From: Nannocystis bainbridge
GTDB taxonomy: Bacteria; Myxococcota_A; Polyangia; Nannocystales; Nannocystaceae
Assembly: GCF_028368995.1 (NCBI RefSeq)
Contig: NZ_JAQNDL010000001.1
Coordinates: 4,032,001 to 4,096,000 of the forward strand
Reading direction: 5' to 3'
DNA: 64,000 nucleotides
Of the stretch, positions 18,560-29,385 are shown in pieces; position 1 is the first letter of the stretch; each line of letters opens with the position of its first letter. The translations under genes were made by a program, and so were the position numbers. The notes beneath the pieces were generated by a model. The model did no database searches and had not been told where the DNA came from. It saw only the letters and a program-made list of their open reading frames with translations.

Positions 18560-19735
18560 ATGCCCACCTCCTATTCTCGCGGCGTATGCATGCTCCTGCT
18601 CGGCGGCCTCGGCCTCGCCGGCTGTGGCCCCGGCGGCGGGGCCGAGACCGGCACCACGGGTGACGCCTCGACCACCGGCGATCTCATGCCGGACGAGCTC
18701 GGCCCGCGCGAGGGCCCGTGGGAGGTCGCCCTCGAGGCCTTGCCCTTCCCGCTCGCCGACGTTCACACCCTCACCGTCGGTCGCAAGGAGTACGACGACA
18801 ACTTCGCCAACCGCGGCGTCGTCGAGGTCCTCTTCGACCACGACGAGCCGACCATCACCATCGAGACCCGCAAGTACGTGTTCGGCATCGCCAGCGACAT
18901 CGATGCGTTCGAGCGGCTGTCGCTGTGGGCATTCGTGCACGCCGGCAACCCCGCGCGCAACCCCGATCCATCGACCGATTGCACCAAGGGCGCGTGGAAG
19001 GACAACTGTGCCATCTACGCCTATTACGACGGCAAGTCCCAGCCGAGCCGCACCGGCATGGACCTCCGCGTCCACCTGCCCCGGGCGTATCGCGGCGAGC
19101 TGCTGGTCGCCACCGAGGACAACACCGCCGAGGACGGCTGGCCGCGCCGCGGCGACGTCACTGTCCTCGATCTGTGCAGCGGCGGCGAGATCGACCTCGA
19201 GGCCGGCCGGGCCCAGGTCCGCCTGTGCCGCGACCTCTCGCCGGCCCCGGCCTGCCCGCCCGCCAGCGTCGAGGCCTGCGAAAAGTTCCCCGACGGCAGC
19301 GGCCTCGAGGCCTGGTCGCCCGAATGTCCGTGCGGCATCGACAACTTCGGCCAGCTGGTGGTCCGCGCGCCCGAGCCCTGGGCCGCCGACATCACCGTCG
19401 ACGTGCCCACCGATACGTGGCTGAACGCCACCCTGCAGAACAGCGCCCCCATCAAGCAGCCGCAGTGCCTGCCGGAGCTCGCCGACTGCGACCCCCGGTC
19501 CTGCCTCCTCGACGAGACCGACCCGTTCGCGCCGACCGCCGAATTCAACTACCCGAGCGAAGCCGCCCCGCACGGCGCCGGCTTCAACGTCTTCGCCGTC
19601 ACCAGCGGCTGCACCTTCATCCCGTTCGTCGAGCCCGGCGCCGCGTGGACCCCCGGCGCCGCGCCCCCGGAGGAGCTGCGCGGCAAGCTCCGGCTGTGCA
19701 GCGGCTGCCTGTCGGACCCGGAGGACATGCCCTGA
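18560..19735 (+). CDS. Cys-rich hypothetical lipoprotein
   Basis: GAGGA RBS; lipobox LAGC; strong GC3 bias. Confidence 0.8.
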   Translation: MPTSYSRGVCMLLLGGLGLAGCGPGGGAETGTTGDASTTGDLMPDELGPREGPWEVALEALPFPLADVHTLTVGRKEYDDNFANRGVVEVLFDHDEPTITIETRKYVFGIASDIDAFERLSLWAFVHAGNPARNPDPSTDCTKGAWKDNCAIYAYYDGKSQPSRTGMDLRVHLPRAYRGELLVATEDNTAEDGWPRRGDVTVLDLCSGGEIDLEAGRAQVRLCRDLSPAPACPPASVEACEKFPDGSGLEAWSPECPCGIDNFGQLVVRAPEPWAADITVDVPTDTWLNATLQNSAPIKQPQCLPELADCDPRSCLLDETDPFAPTAEFNYPSEAAPHGAGFNVFAVTSGCTFIPFVEPGAAWTPGAAPPEELRGKLRLCSGCLSDPEDMP

Positions 19736-19775
19736 CGCGCATGTCCTTTCCGTCATGTCCCTTTGAACATGTCCA
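19724..19775. repeat. 14-bp-period CATGTCC array at a convergent junction
   Basis: ATG(C/T)C units at 19727, 19741, 19755 and 19769. Confidence 0.8.
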
Positions 19776-19793
19776 TGAATTCACCGGCCCGCC

Positions 19794-20774
19794 TCACGGC
19801 GCCACCGTCGCCAGCAGCGCCGGGTCGTCCGTCATGATCCCGTCGACCCCACGCGCGACCAGCTCGACCATGCGGCTCTCCTGGTTGACCGTCCACGGGT
19901 GCACCTTCATGCCCAGCCCGTGCGCGAACGTCACCAGCTCGGCGCTCGCCAGGTCCCACGGCGCGTGCACGAACTGCGCCGGCGCCACGTAGTCCGGGCT
20001 GCCGACGTTCAGGTGCAGGTCGAGCATCTCCGGCGTGCTGAGCGACGTGAACACCATCGGCGCCGCCGCGCGCACCGCCTGGATCGTCTCGAGCTCGGTC
20101 GCCGCGATCACCACCCGCTCCAGCGCCCCGTGCTCCGCGAGCGCCGACAGCAGCCCCTCCACGATCGGCGGATCGTTCTGCTTGATCTCGATCAAGCAGT
20201 ACGACTCCGGGAATTTTTCGAGGATCTCCTCCAGCGTCGGGATAACGATCCCCGCCCCGCGGTACGGGAACGTCTGCCCCCCGTCGGTCGTGAAGCGATA
20301 GCCCGCGTCGAGCGCCCGTAGCTGCGCCAGCGTCTGCGCCTTGATCGGCCCTGTCCCGTCGGTCGTGCGGTCGACCGTCCCGTCGTGCATCGCCACGATC
20401 ACCCCGTCGCTGCTCGCGTGCACATCGAACTCGAGCACGTCCGCCCCGACCGCCAGCGCGTGCTCGAACGCCAGCAGCGTCTCCTCCGGCCGCAGCGACG
20501 CCCCCCCGCGATGCGCGATGTTCAGAAATTTGTCCGACAGCAACAGGTTGCCGACCGGCTCGCCCGTCGTGCTGCTCGAGCTCGTCGGCACCTCGCCCGT
20601 GCTCGTCGTGCTCGCCGTGCCCGCCGTGCCCGTCGTGGACCCCGTCGAGCCCGTCCCACTCGTACTACCTGTCTCTCCGGACATATCGGTCGAACCACAG
20701 CCGATCCCGGCGATCACGAGGACTGTCCCGAGCGCTCGCAGCATTCTTTTAAAGAGTATCACGCGGCCGCTCAC
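19794..20774 (-). CDS. Glycerophosphodiester phosphodiesterase lipoprotein
   Basis: IAHRGG, PEETL, EFDVH, HD, EIK, WTVN, GVDGIMTD; alternative start 20744. Confidence 0.9.
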   Translation of the reverse strand: MSGRVILFKRMLRALGTVLVIAGIGCGSTDMSGETGSTSGTGSTGSTTGTAGTASTTSTGEVPTSSSSTTGEPVGNLLLSDKFLNIAHRGGASLRPEETLLAFEHALAVGADVLEFDVHASSDGVIVAMHDGTVDRTTDGTGPIKAQTLAQLRALDAGYRFTTDGGQTFPYRGAGIVIPTLEEILEKFPESYCLIEIKQNDPPIVEGLLSALAEHGALERVVIAATELETIQAVRAAAPMVFTSLSTPEMLDLHLNVGSPDYVAPAQFVHAPWDLASAELVTFAHGLGMKVHPWTVNQESRMVELVARGVDGIMTDDPALLATVAP

Positions 20775-20810
20775 GTCTCAGCCTCGGGTTTGCGCATCGT
20801 CACGCGGCCT

Positions 20811-21713
20811 TCAGCCGGCGCGCAGCGCCGCCGAGCGCTCCGCGAACGCCCGCACGTGCTGCAAGATCGATCGCAGCTTCGGCAGCCCTGCCTGGGCCGC
20901 GGGCACCACCACGTGCAGCCCGCGCGAGCGACCGACCAGCTCCGGCAGCACCGGCACCAGCACCCCGTCGGGCACGCCCGGGTCCGGCAGCAGCGCATCG
21001 GGCAAGAAGCCGATCCCCAGGCCCGCGAGCACCATCTGGCGCAGGCAATGCACATCGGCCGAGATCAGCGACGGCTCGACCTCGAACGACTCGCCGGTCA
21101 ACGTCGGCAGCACCCGGGGGTCCTCGCCTGGCGGCGCCCATGCCAGCACCTCGTGGCGAGTCAGCTCCTCGAGTGATTTCGGCGTCCCGCGGCGCCCCAC
21201 GTACTCCGTCGTCGCCACCAGCCACTCGCGCAGGCGCCACACCTCATGCGACAGCCACGGCCCCGCCGGCCCTGTCGGTCCGAAATGGACCAGCAGATCG
21301 ACGTCTTCCAGCGCGCTCGCCACCGGATCCTCGCTGAAGCGCAGCTGCAGCGACAGCCGCGGGAACGCCGAGCGCAGCGCCGCGAACAGCGGCGTCAACG
21401 CGTGCGGCGGCAGCCCCATCGGCAGCAGCGCTCGCAGCACCCCCACCGGCTCGCGCCCGATCTCCCGCACCGAAGCCACCAGCGCGCTCGCCTCTTGCAG
21501 CACGTGGCGGCCCCTCGCTGCCAGCACCGCCCCCGCCTCCGTCACCACCACCCCGCGGGCGCTGCGCTCGAGCAGCGGCACCCCGGCGCGGGCCTCGAGC
21601 GCCTCGACGCGGCGCCGCAGCGTCGCGCGGGCCATGTTGAGCTGGGTCGCCGCGGCCAGGAACGAGCCGGTCTCGACCACGCCGACGAAGGCCCTGAACT
21701 CCTCGAGATCCAT
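20811..21713 (-). CDS. LysR family transcriptional regulator
   Basis: N-terminal HTH GSFLAAATQLNMARATLRRRVEALE, LLERSARG; 300 aa. Confidence 0.9.
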   Translation of the reverse strand: MDLEEFRAFVGVVETGSFLAAATQLNMARATLRRRVEALEARAGVPLLERSARGVVVTEAGAVLAARGRHVLQEASALVASVREIGREPVGVLRALLPMGLPPHALTPLFAALRSAFPRLSLQLRFSEDPVASALEDVDLLVHFGPTGPAGPWLSHEVWRLREWLVATTEYVGRRGTPKSLEELTRHEVLAWAPPGEDPRVLPTLTGESFEVEPSLISADVHCLRQMVLAGLGIGFLPDALLPDPGVPDGVLVPVLPELVGRSRGLHVVVPAAQAGLPKLRSILQHVRAFAERSAALRAG

Positions 21714-21934
21714 CCCGACCGCGAGCCTACCCGAGTTCTCCTGGCCTCGCGTCGGCCCGGCAGCGGCTGCTCGGGGCGAACGCGCGCAATCGCCCCGACG
21801 AACGACGTACCGCTCGCAGCATGCGCGCTACATGTCCCAAGAGACATCCCCACTCCCGCCGCGCTCGTCCGCGCTCGCCGGGCGATCGCACGCAGTGGCA
21901 CCGGCCTTGTCGGCGGCATACCCTCAGCGTCCTC

Positions 21935-24900
21935 ATGGATCTCGAGCACCTCGAAGCCCTCGCGCTCTCCGACGACCGCGCCGCCGCCCTCGCCGGCCTG
22001 TTGCCCGGCACGCCCGAGCACGATTACTGGCGCGGCGTGCACTCGCAGCACCACGGCCGGCTCGACGAGGTCGACGCGATCCTCTCGGGGTGGAAGAAGC
22101 GACACGGCCGGACCGATGATTTTCACGCCCGCCTGGCGCGGCGTCAGCTGCTCCTTCGGTCAGGTCTCGACCTCGGCAAGCACGCCGACGCCCTCCGCTT
22201 CGAGGCCCACGTGCGGCTCGACGACGAGGCCGAGGCCGTCGCCGCCGCCCACCGCTACCCCACCCGCCTCGATCCCGCGCTGATCGATCAGGACGCGCTC
22301 GTCGACGAAGCCCGCCGCCGCGGCTCCGAGCTCGGCTACCTCACCGACTGGGCCTTGCCCGACCTCGTCGATCGCGACCTCGACGCCACCGAGCGCCGCA
22401 ACCTGCTGCAGCGACTGACTCGCACCAACTTCCCCGGGCTCGTCGCCCTCGTCGCCGCCGACCTCGGTGAGAAATCCTCGCACAGCTTCGGCTCGCTGCC
22501 GGTCCACGCTCGCCTCACCCGCGCCCAGCTCGACGAGCTCGCCGCCTTGCGGCCCGAGCTGCGCAAGCACCCGCAGTTCGTCGACGCCGTGCTCGTGCGC
22601 CTGCGGCCGCCGACTCATATCGACTGGCGCACCGACCTCGAGGCGCGCGCCGCCTACCTCGCCGAGCTGTGGGCCTTCGTCGCCGGTCTGCCGGCCGCCT
22701 TCAACGCCCTCAAGGCCCAGGTCCTCTATCACCAGCTCGACCTCGACCGCCGCCGCGGCGTGCTCGACCGCGAGCGCTTCCTGCGGTACCTCGCCCTCCC
22801 GCGCAAGGTCGCCTACGCCCCCGCCGAGCGCCTGCGCCACGTCCCCTCCGACCAGCAGGTCGCGCCCGGTGGGCACGCCGCCCAGTCGGCCGGCCTCGAG
22901 TCGATCGGCGACGACGAGCCGCTGGTGCGCGAGTACCTCGAGCTGTTGCTGCTGCAAGAAGACGGCGACGCCTTCGCCGAGTACCTGCGCGCCGACTGGC
23001 TCGCCGAGCAGCTCGCCACCGCCCGCCTGCTCGCCGGCGCCCCCGAGCCCGAGCGCTGGGCCGCCCTCCTCGGCCCGGCTCGCCTCGCCGCCCTGCGCGA
23101 CCGCGTCGACCTCGAGCTCACCCTCCGCAACCCCGCGCGCTTCGCCGCCGACGCCCCGGTCGCGCTCGAGGTCGAGGTCAAGAACGTCCCGCGCCTGGTC
23201 GTCAAGACCTACCGCATCGACGCCGTCGCCCACTTCCTCGCCCGTCGCGCCGAGGTCGACACCACCATCGACCTCGACGGCCTGGTCGCCAGCGACGAGC
23301 AAGTGTTCCTCGGCGACGCCCCCGCGATCCAGCGCGTGCGTCGGCGCATCGACCTCGCCGGCTGCGGCCGCCCCGGCACCTACGTGATCGAGCTGATCGG
23401 CGGCGGCAAGTCGAGCCGCGCGCTGATCCGCAAGGGCGGCCTGCGCCACACCGTGCGCGTCGGCGTCGCCGGGCCGACGATCCGCGTCCTCGACGACCTC
23501 GGCCATCCGCTGCCCGACGCACGGATCTGGCTCGCGGGCCGCGAGTACGCCCCGCGCGACGACGGCTCGATCACCATCCCGTTCTCGACCGCCCCCACGC
23601 GCGCCACCATGCTGCTGGTCCACGGCGACATCGCCCAGGCCGAGGCCCTGCAGCACCCCGCCGAGCAGTATCACTTCCACGCCGGCATCCACCTCGAGCG
23701 CGAGTCCCTGGTGCCCGGCAAGCAGGCCCGCGCGCTGCTGCGGCCGATGCTCACCGTCGCCGGCTGGCCCGCGACCGTCGCCCTGATCGACGACCCGATC
23801 GTCGAGATCGCCGTCACCGACAACGCCGGCACCACCTCGACGCGGAGCCTGCCGGTGGTCCTGCGCGACGACGCCGAGACCCTCGTCGAGCTCGTCGTCC
23901 CCGAGGACGCCGCCCAGCTCACCCTCACCGCCCGCGGCCAGGTCCGCGTCGCCTCGACCCAGAAGACCGCCGACCTGCTCGACAGCGCCAGCGCCGAGGT
24001 CGGGCGGATCCACCGCACCGAGTACACCGAGGCGGTGCACCTCGCCAGCGGCGCCGAGGGCCACGTCCTCCACCTGCTCGGAAAGACAGGTGAGCCCCGG
24101 GCCGGCCGCGCGATCGCCCTGAGCTTCAAGCACGTCGCCGTCACCTTCGAGCTGTCGACCACGCTCGAGACCGACGCCCGCGGCCGCATCGAGCTCGGCC
24201 ACCTGCCCGGCATCGAGCGCATCACCGCCTCGCTGCCGACCAGTGAATCGCAGCACTTCGCGCTCTGGCCCGAGCTCGACGCCGCCCGCACGATCCACGC
24301 CGTCGCCGGCCAGCAGGTCCTGCTGCCGCGCCCGCCCGCGCTCGGCGACGGCGACTCCTCGCTCGTCGAGCTCCGCGGCGGCGCCCCCACGCGCGACCTG
24401 ACCGCCCGCGTCTCCCTCGACGAGCGCGTGCTCGTCGTCGCCGGCGACCTCCCGGCCGGCGAGTACCTGCTGCAGAGCCGCGGCGTCGCCGACGTGCGGA
24501 TCGTCGTCGTGCCTGCCGACACCCCGATCGTCGATGGTTGGGCCGCCGCCGGTCCGACCTCGATCGAGCTGTCGCCGCCGCTGCCGCTGATCACCGGCCT
24601 GCGCGCCGCCGCCGATCAGCTCGAGCTCGAGCTCGACGGCGCCGGTCCCAACACTCGCGTGCACCTGCTGGCGACCCGCTTCCGCCCCGATCGCGTGCTG
24701 CCGCGCAGCCTGCGTCGCGCCCCGCGGCCGCCGCTCGCCGGCGCCGTCGCCCCGGTGCTCTCGCACTACGTCTCGGGCCGCGACATCGGCGACGAGTACC
24801 GCTACGTCCTCGATCGCCGCAACCATGCGCGCCGCCCGGGCATGCTGCTCGAAAAGCCAGGTCTCTTGCTCAACCCGTGGGCCGTGCGGACCACCAGCAC

Positions 24901-27900
24901 CGGGGTCCAGCACGCCAAGGGCGGCGGGGCTTACGCTGCCAGTCCGGCGCGCCCCGCTGCCGCGCCGGCCACCGCCGCGCCGCGGACCCAGGCGGCCTTT
25001 GGCGGCGAGCAGGTCGGCTTCGTCGCGCTCGATTTCCTGCCCGCGCCCGCGGTCGTGCTCGCCAACCTGCGCCCCGACGAGAGCGGCCGCCTGCGCGTCC
25101 CGCTGGCCGACCTCGGCCCGGCCCAGAGCGTGCGCATCGTCGTCGTCGACCCCGCGCTGACCAGCGTCGTCGACCTCGGCCTGCCGGCCACCGACCTGCG
25201 CCCGCGCGATCTCCGGCTGCGCTTCGCCCTCGTCCACGACCAGCACTTCACCGAGCTGCGCGGCGTCGACGGGGCCCCTGCCGGCGCCACCCTCGTCGTC
25301 GAGGACCTGCGCTCCGGCAAGCTCGAGCTGGTCGACACCGTCGCTCGCGCCCACCAGGTCCTGCTCTCGCTCGGCGCCCCCGACACCTTGCGCGAGTTCG
25401 CCTTCGTCACCCAGTGGCACGCCCTCGACGACGCCACCCGCCGCGCCCGTTACAGCAAGTACGCCTGCCACGAGCTGCACCTGTTCCTCCACTTCCGCGA
25501 CCCCGAGTTCTTCGCCCGCGTCGTCAGGCCGTACCTCGAGCACAAGCGGCGCAAGACCTTCGTCGATCACTGGCTGCTCGGCGCCGACCTCTCGGGCTAC
25601 CTGGAGCCGTGGGCGTTCGGCCGCCTCAACGCGCTCGAGCGGGCCCTGCTCGCCCGCCGCCTGCCCGACGCCCGCGCCTCGATCGTGCGCTTGCTCGGCG
25701 ACGCCGTCGACCTCATCCCGCCCGACCCCGAGCGCGACGATCGCCTCGTCGACACCCTGCTCGGCGCCTCCGCCCTCGAGGGCAGCCCGCTCGCCGCGGC
25801 CGCCCCCGCCACCATGGAGCTCGCCGAGGACTCGTTCGGCAGCGAAGGCGCGCCTGTCAAAGAGCACAAGAAGATGGCTCGCCGCAGCCGCCGCGAGATC
25901 GACGCCATGGACCGCGACGAAGAAGAGGCGGGCGACGGCTTCAGCGCCGTCGGCGGTGGTGGCCCGCCGCCGCCGCCCCCCGGTGCACCGGCCGCCGCCA
26001 AGGCCATGCGCGCCGGCAGCCGCGGCGGCGGCGGCGACTTCGACGACACCACCATCACCGCCGACCTGCGCGAGCGTCGGCGCTCCGCCCCGCTCTACCG
26101 CGGCGCCGACAAGACCCAGGAATGGGCCGAGTCGGATTGGTGGCACATCCGCGCCACCAATGCCACCAGCTTCCTGATCGCCGTCCATCGCTATTGGCGG
26201 GACTTCGCCCGCCACGACCCCGCGACCGGCCCGTTCCTCTCCCCGCATTTGGACGAGTGCGCCGGCGATTTCGCCTCTGCCCTTTGTGCACTGGCCGTGC
26301 TCGACCTCCCGTTCGTCGCCGGCGCGCACGCCGTCACCGTCGAGGACACCCGCCTCAGCCTCACCTGCGCCTCCCCGGCCCTCGCCGCGCGCACCCGGAT
26401 CGCCGCCGTCGAGGCCGCCGAGGACACCCGCGCCGCCCTGCTCGTCGGCCAGAGCTACGTCCGCAGCGACGACCGCTGGGAGTGGGACGGCGCCGAGCAG
26501 CGCGAGAAGGTCGTCGACGGCGAGTTCCTGGTCGGCGTCGTCTATCGCTGCCAGGTCGTCGTCACCAACCCGACCAGCCGCCACCGCCGGATCGCCGCCC
26601 TGCTGCAGATCCCCCGCGGCGCCATGCCGGTCGCCAGCGGCTTCTACACCCGCACCTTCAACCTCCAGCTCCACGGCTACGGCACCCAGCTGCTCGAGTA
26701 CGCCTTCTACTTCCCCGCCGCCGGGCAGTTCACCCACTTCCCGGCCCACGTCAGCGAGCACCGCGGCGAGCGGGTCGAGCTCGTCGGCGCCGGCCCGCCG
26801 GCCGTGCTGGCCGTCGTCGTCACGCCGACCCGCGTCGACGCCGGCTCGTGGGCCCACGTCTCGCAGCACGGCACCACCGACGAGGTCCTCGGCTTCCTCG
26901 CCGGCGCCAACCTCGGCCGCGTCGAGCTCGAGCGGATCGCCTGGCGCATGCGCGACCGCGACGCCTTCACCCGCGTGCTCGCCCTGCTCACCGATCGCCG
27001 CACCTACAACGATCGCCTGTGGGCCTACGCGCTGGCCCACGCCGACCGCCCGCGCGTCGCCGAGTGGCTGCGCCACCAGGACGCCTTCGTGCGCAAGGCC
27101 GGGCCCGCGCTCGTCGGCGGCGTCATCGAAATCGACGCCGCGGAGCGCAATTGGTACGAGCACCTCGAGTACGCCCCGCTCGTCGGTGCCCGCGCCCACC
27201 GCCTCGGCAGCAAGCGTCAGGTCCTCAACGACGCCCTCGCCGCCCAGTACAACAACTTCCTCGAGCTCGTCGCCCACCGCCCCGCCGCCGGCCCCGACGA
27301 TCTGCTGGCCGCCGCGCATTATCTGTTCAGCCTCGACCGCACCGACGACGCCCTCGCTGCCCTCGCCCGCGTCGACCGCGGCCAGCTGGCGACCCGCCTG
27401 CAATACGACTACCTCGCCGCCTACGCTGCCTGCTGCAGCGGCGACCTCGCCACCGCGCGGGCCCTCGCCGAGCCGTGGCGCGCCCACCCCGTCGACCGCT
27501 GGCGCAGCCGCTTCGCCGCCCTGCTGGCCATGCTCGACGAGGCCGAGGGTCGCGGCCCGGCCGTCGCCGTCGACGACGACAGCCGCGAGCAACGCATGGA
27601 CGAGCTGGCCGCGCGTCAGCCTGCGCTCGCCGTCACCGCCGAGCAGGGCCGGATCATCCTCCAGCACCACAACGTGACGACCTGCCAGCTCCGCTTCTAC
27701 CGCATGGACATCGAGCTGCTGTTCTCGCGCCAGCCGTTCGTCCAGGGCGACGTCGAGCGCTTCTCGTGGATCGAGCCCGGCGCCACGCTCGAGGTGCAGC
27801 TGCCCGCCGGCGAGAGCCGCACGACCGTCGAGATCCCCCAGGGCATGCGCGGCGCCAATCTGGTCATCGACGCCGTCGCCGCCGGCCTGCGCCGATCGAT

Positions 27901-28192
27901 CACCCACTACTCACACGACCTCGCCACCCAGCTCGCCCACCAGTACGGCCAGATCAAGGTGCTGCGCGCGTCGACCCAGACGCCGCTGCCCGCGACCTAC
28001 GTCAAGGTCTACGCCCGCCAGCACGGGGGCAACGTCGCGTTCTTCAAGGACGGCTACACCGACATGCGCGGCCGCTTCGACTACGCGACGCTCTCGACGG
28101 ATGACCTCGACCGCGTCGAGCAGTTCGCAATCCTGGTAGTCAGCGACGAGGCCGGCGCGACGGTGCTCGAGGCCGCGCCGCCGCCGCGGTGA
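21935..28192 (+). CDS. Giant (2085 aa) hypothetical protein with macroglobulin-like beta-sandwich repeats
   Basis: 6.2-kb ORF with strong GC3 bias; start MDLEHLE; recurrent TD..G motifs; C-terminal YVKVY...FFKDGYTD.RGRFDY. Confidence 0.85.
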   Translation: MDLEHLEALALSDDRAAALAGLLPGTPEHDYWRGVHSQHHGRLDEVDAILSGWKKRHGRTDDFHARLARRQLLLRSGLDLGKHADALRFEAHVRLDDEAEAVAAAHRYPTRLDPALIDQDALVDEARRRGSELGYLTDWALPDLVDRDLDATERRNLLQRLTRTNFPGLVALVAADLGEKSSHSFGSLPVHARLTRAQLDELAALRPELRKHPQFVDAVLVRLRPPTHIDWRTDLEARAAYLAELWAFVAGLPAAFNALKAQVLYHQLDLDRRRGVLDRERFLRYLALPRKVAYAPAERLRHVPSDQQVAPGGHAAQSAGLESIGDDEPLVREYLELLLLQEDGDAFAEYLRADWLAEQLATARLLAGAPEPERWAALLGPARLAALRDRVDLELTLRNPARFAADAPVALEVEVKNVPRLVVKTYRIDAVAHFLARRAEVDTTIDLDGLVASDEQVFLGDAPAIQRVRRRIDLAGCGRPGTYVIELIGGGKSSRALIRKGGLRHTVRVGVAGPTIRVLDDLGHPLPDARIWLAGREYAPRDDGSITIPFSTAPTRATMLLVHGDIAQAEALQHPAEQYHFHAGIHLERESLVPGKQARALLRPMLTVAGWPATVALIDDPIVEIAVTDNAGTTSTRSLPVVLRDDAETLVELVVPEDAAQLTLTARGQVRVASTQKTADLLDSASAEVGRIHRTEYTEAVHLASGAEGHVLHLLGKTGEPRAGRAIALSFKHVAVTFELSTTLETDARGRIELGHLPGIERITASLPTSESQHFALWPELDAARTIHAVAGQQVLLPRPPALGDGDSSLVELRGGAPTRDLTARVSLDERVLVVAGDLPAGEYLLQSRGVADVRIVVVPADTPIVDGWAAAGPTSIELSPPLPLITGLRAAADQLELELDGAGPNTRVHLLATRFRPDRVLPRSLRRAPRPPLAGAVAPVLSHYVSGRDIGDEYRYVLDRRNHARRPGMLLEKPGLLLNPWAVRTTSTGVQHAKGGGAYAASPARPAAAPATAAPRTQAAFGGEQVGFVALDFLPAPAVVLANLRPDESGRLRVPLADLGPAQSVRIVVVDPALTSVVDLGLPATDLRPRDLRLRFALVHDQHFTELRGVDGAPAGATLVVEDLRSGKLELVDTVARAHQVLLSLGAPDTLREFAFVTQWHALDDATRRARYSKYACHELHLFLHFRDPEFFARVVRPYLEHKRRKTFVDHWLLGADLSGYLEPWAFGRLNALERALLARRLPDARASIVRLLGDAVDLIPPDPERDDRLVDTLLGASALEGSPLAAAAPATMELAEDSFGSEGAPVKEHKKMARRSRREIDAMDRDEEEAGDGFSAVGGGGPPPPPPGAPAAAKAMRAGSRGGGGDFDDTTITADLRERRRSAPLYRGADKTQEWAESDWWHIRATNATSFLIAVHRYWRDFARHDPATGPFLSPHLDECAGDFASALCALAVLDLPFVAGAHAVTVEDTRLSLTCASPALAARTRIAAVEAAEDTRAALLVGQSYVRSDDRWEWDGAEQREKVVDGEFLVGVVYRCQVVVTNPTSRHRRIAALLQIPRGAMPVASGFYTRTFNLQLHGYGTQLLEYAFYFPAAGQFTHFPAHVSEHRGERVELVGAGPPAVLAVVVTPTRVDAGSWAHVSQHGTTDEVLGFLAGANLGRVELERIAWRMRDRDAFTRVLALLTDRRTYNDRLWAYALAHADRPRVAEWLRHQDAFVRKAGPALVGGVIEIDAAERNWYEHLEYAPLVGARAHRLGSKRQVLNDALAAQYNNFLELVAHRPAAGPDDLLAAAHYLFSLDRTDDALAALARVDRGQLATRLQYDYLAAYAACCSGDLATARALAEPWRAHPVDRWRSRFAALLAMLDEAEGRGPAVAVDDDSREQRMDELAARQPALAVTAEQGRIILQHHNVTTCQLRFYRMDIELLFSRQPFVQGDVERFSWIEPGATLEVQLPAGESRTTVEIPQGMRGANLVIDAVAAGLRRSITHYSHDLATQLAHQYGQIKVLRASTQTPLPATYVKVYARQHGGNVAFFKDGYTDMRGRFDYATLSTDDLDRVEQFAILVVSDEAGATVLEAAPPPR

Positions 28193-28716
28193 GGTGATTT
28201 CCTCGGGACCGCGAGCACATCCGTGCTCGCGGTCGGCGACCATAGCGCCGCCGCGATCTCTCGCCACAGTCGCCGCCCCCACCCAATCGTCGCGGCCCGC
28301 TGCCACCCAGGCGCCACGCGGCTGCGGACGCGTCTGGCTGCACGCGCGCGCCGCGGCCCACGGCGGGGGCAAGGAGGAGCATGCATCCCACGATCGCCGC
28401 ACCGATAAATGTAATGGGGCTCAGAACGGGGGAGGGCCGAGGGAGATGAGACAAATAGCGACGCTCAAGCCATTGCCGCCCCAGAGTCTGAGGTACTCGT
28501 TCGACAAACCTCGTCGTGACGGCTACCACCCGGCCGGCCTGACGCTTGCGAAGTGCTCGTTCGACAATCGTCCACGGGGCACGGGCGGGACTTTTGCGGC
28601 GACGACCAGCGCGGCGTCTGTGTCGCACGGGCCGAGCACGGGGCAGCCAGCACCCGGGCGTGGTCTCCAGTCGGCTGGACGGTGTCGAGGCGCGGTGTTA
28701 TCTCACTCCCTCACCC

Positions 28717-29385
28717 ATGCACACCAGCAGCGTCAGACCCGACGAACTTCGTCGCTGCGCCCGGTGCGGCCAGGCAGCCCTGGTGTGCGCCCGTGACTGG
28801 CAGCACCGGGTATTGGGGGTCGCCACGGGCACCTGGACGCGGGAGCTCGAGTGCCGGTCGTGCGGCGCCAAGGTCACGCTGTACTCGCCGAAGCACATCG
28901 CGGTCGAGCGCGTGTTCGCCTTCGTGATGCTGCCGGCGATCTTCCCGGGCCTCTACTTCATGGCCAGCGCTCGCCGCAAGGCGCGAGCTTGGAGTGACAA
29001 CCCGGTGGTGGATGGTGCCTCGACCTCGCCGCCCCGCGGGCCGGGGGACCGCGTCTGCGCCGGGTGTCGCGGGCGGGCGCGCTGCACGGCCATGCACCGG
29101 CGGCAGATGTGGGGGATGGACGTCGGCACGCGCTGCCGCTACGCCTGCAGCCGGTGCGCGAAGGTCTTCACCGTCCATGACGGCCGCGGCGTCGCGTTCT
29201 CGCTGGCCGTCGCCAGCTTGCTCACTGTGATAGCCGCGCTGGTGGTGGCGATCCCGCCAGGATCGGACGTCGGGGCCGAGGCGAGTAACCGGTGGGTCGG
29301 CGTGGGCCTGTCGGTCATCGCCGCGCTCGGCTGGATCGCGCTCGCGCTGCAGCTCCGAGCGCGGCGCGTGCATCCCATGGCCTGA
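28717..29385 (+). CDS. Membrane protein with two zinc-ribbon + TM modules
   Basis: CARC/CRSC then a TM segment; CAGC/CSRC then two TM segments. Confidence 0.65.
   Translation: MHTSSVRPDELRRCARCGQAALVCARDWQHRVLGVATGTWTRELECRSCGAKVTLYSPKHIAVERVFAFVMLPAIFPGLYFMASARRKARAWSDNPVVDGASTSPPRGPGDRVCAGCRGRARCTAMHRRQMWGMDVGTRCRYACSRCAKVFTVHDGRGVAFSLAVASLLTVIAALVVAIPPGSDVGAEASNRWVGVGLSVIAALGWIALALQLRARRVHPMA

Noticed and set aside
22160-27907. 1915-aa minus-strand ORF and other long antisense or alternate-frame ORFs (e.g. 12759-15551, 42410-45691, 59118-62963, 24538-28104)
   Set aside because: Shadow ORFs of GC3-biased real genes; Arg/Gly/Ala-rich with no motifs
28193-28716. Possible small ORF or pseudogene with a hydrophobic stretch on the minus strand
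   Set aside because: No clear start, RBS or family resemblance
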